A stretch of DNA of 34,785 nt from an uncultured Fimbriimonadales bacterium. GTDB taxonomy: Bacteria; Armatimonadota; Fimbriimonadia; Fimbriimonadales; GBS-DC. Position numbers and translations under genes: made by a program. Below are positions 34,330 to 34,785 of this stretch, in pieces. Where the stretch lies: contig CAZQPV010000001.1 of NCBI GenBank assembly GCA_964595265.1, positions 4,632-39,416 on the forward strand. Direction: 5' to 3'. The notes beneath the pieces were generated by a model that was given only the letters and a program-made list of their open reading frames with translations, had not been told where the DNA came from and did not search any database. How positions within the stretch are numbered: the stretch's first letter is position 1; each line of letters begins with the position of its first letter.

Positions 34330-34785
34330 CTACTTTTTCGCGGGCACGCGCCCCATCCAGAGCGCAACTCCCAGCAGCAGTAATCCTGCAGAGGCGAAGG
34401 GGAGCGTTGTATCGTACTTCAATAAGCCATTGCCCCAGACGGGTCCAATAATTCGGGCAAGGCTCTCCAGTGAGCCGCTCACGCCCTGCAAACGCCCCTG
34501 CTCGTCGCTCTGCACCGACTGGCTCAGGATACTGGTGAAGGTGGGAAGCGCGAGCGCGCCTCCCGCCGCTGCCAGTCCCGCCAGCCCGTAAAACAGCCAT
34601 ACCGAGTGAGACAACGAAGCCCCCACCAGACCTGCAACATTCAGCCCCATCCCCAGCAGAAACGCCGAGCGCTCCCCCAGCCGTCGTACCACGCCCCCTA
34701 CCAGCACCGCCTGCGACCCCGCCGCCACAATCCCCACAAAGGTCAACACATACCCCACCTGCGCAGGGGTGAACTCAAAGCGCTT
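34330..34785 (-). CDS. MFS transporter, C-terminal part (5' end outside the window)
   Basis: It contains several hydrophobic helices and a GRxxxR-like loop (VVRRLGERS). The ORF is open to the window edge and in frame. Confidence 0.7.
   Translation of the reverse strand, partial: KRFEFTPAQVGYVLTFVGIVAAGSQAVLVGGVVRRLGERSAFLLGMGLNVAGLVGASLSHSVWLFYGLAGLAAAGGALALPTFTSILSQSVQSDEQGRLQGVSGSLESLARIIGPVWGNGLLKYDTTLPFASAGLLLLGVALWMGRVPAKK

Overview
High-GC bacterial chromosomal segment, densely packed and mostly housekeeping. I saw no rRNA, CRISPR array, transposase or integrase.

Gene order:
- rho (3' end), BFN-family nuclease, plsC
- an AT-richer islet with an orphan Dam-like methyltransferase
- ccmF-ccmE, a CPBP protease and tRNA-Ser(GCU), all on the minus strand
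- ahcY, ndh, tRNA-Glu(CUC)
- a homologue of cyanobacterial acyl-ACP reductase, then ruvA
- accA-accD and nrdJ-nrdR (minus strand), serS
- hxlR-recN (minus strand)
- an AT-richer four-gene sigma-factor operon
- a VapC/DUF104-like toxin-antitoxin pair
- miaA-hfq-dapF, an M48 peptidase, a lone ABC ATPase, hslU
- a DHOD-family gene, nif3 plus an ANTAR response regulator
- a coiled-coil/nuclease-like ORF and a truncated MFS gene

Most noteworthy observations:
1. A ~100-bp direct duplication of the miaA promoter and first 28 codons brackets the toxin-antitoxin cassette. The two copies differ almost only at synonymous sites, which looks like a Campbell-type insertion scar from a foreign allele.
2. 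A 400-aa LAGLIDADG intein splits nrdJ immediately before the presumed thiyl-radical cysteine.
3. A recurrent GGTAnnnT -10 element lies 6-10 nt upstream of about a dozen start codons, suggesting widespread leaderless mRNAs.
4. CcmE carries CxxxY in place of the canonical heme-binding HxxxY.
5. An AT-richer sigma-factor operon encodes a Cys-rich secreted protein and two proteins I could not assign.

All calls come from reading the ORF translations and the DNA by eye. No searches, folding or statistics were run, and GC statements are visual impressions only.
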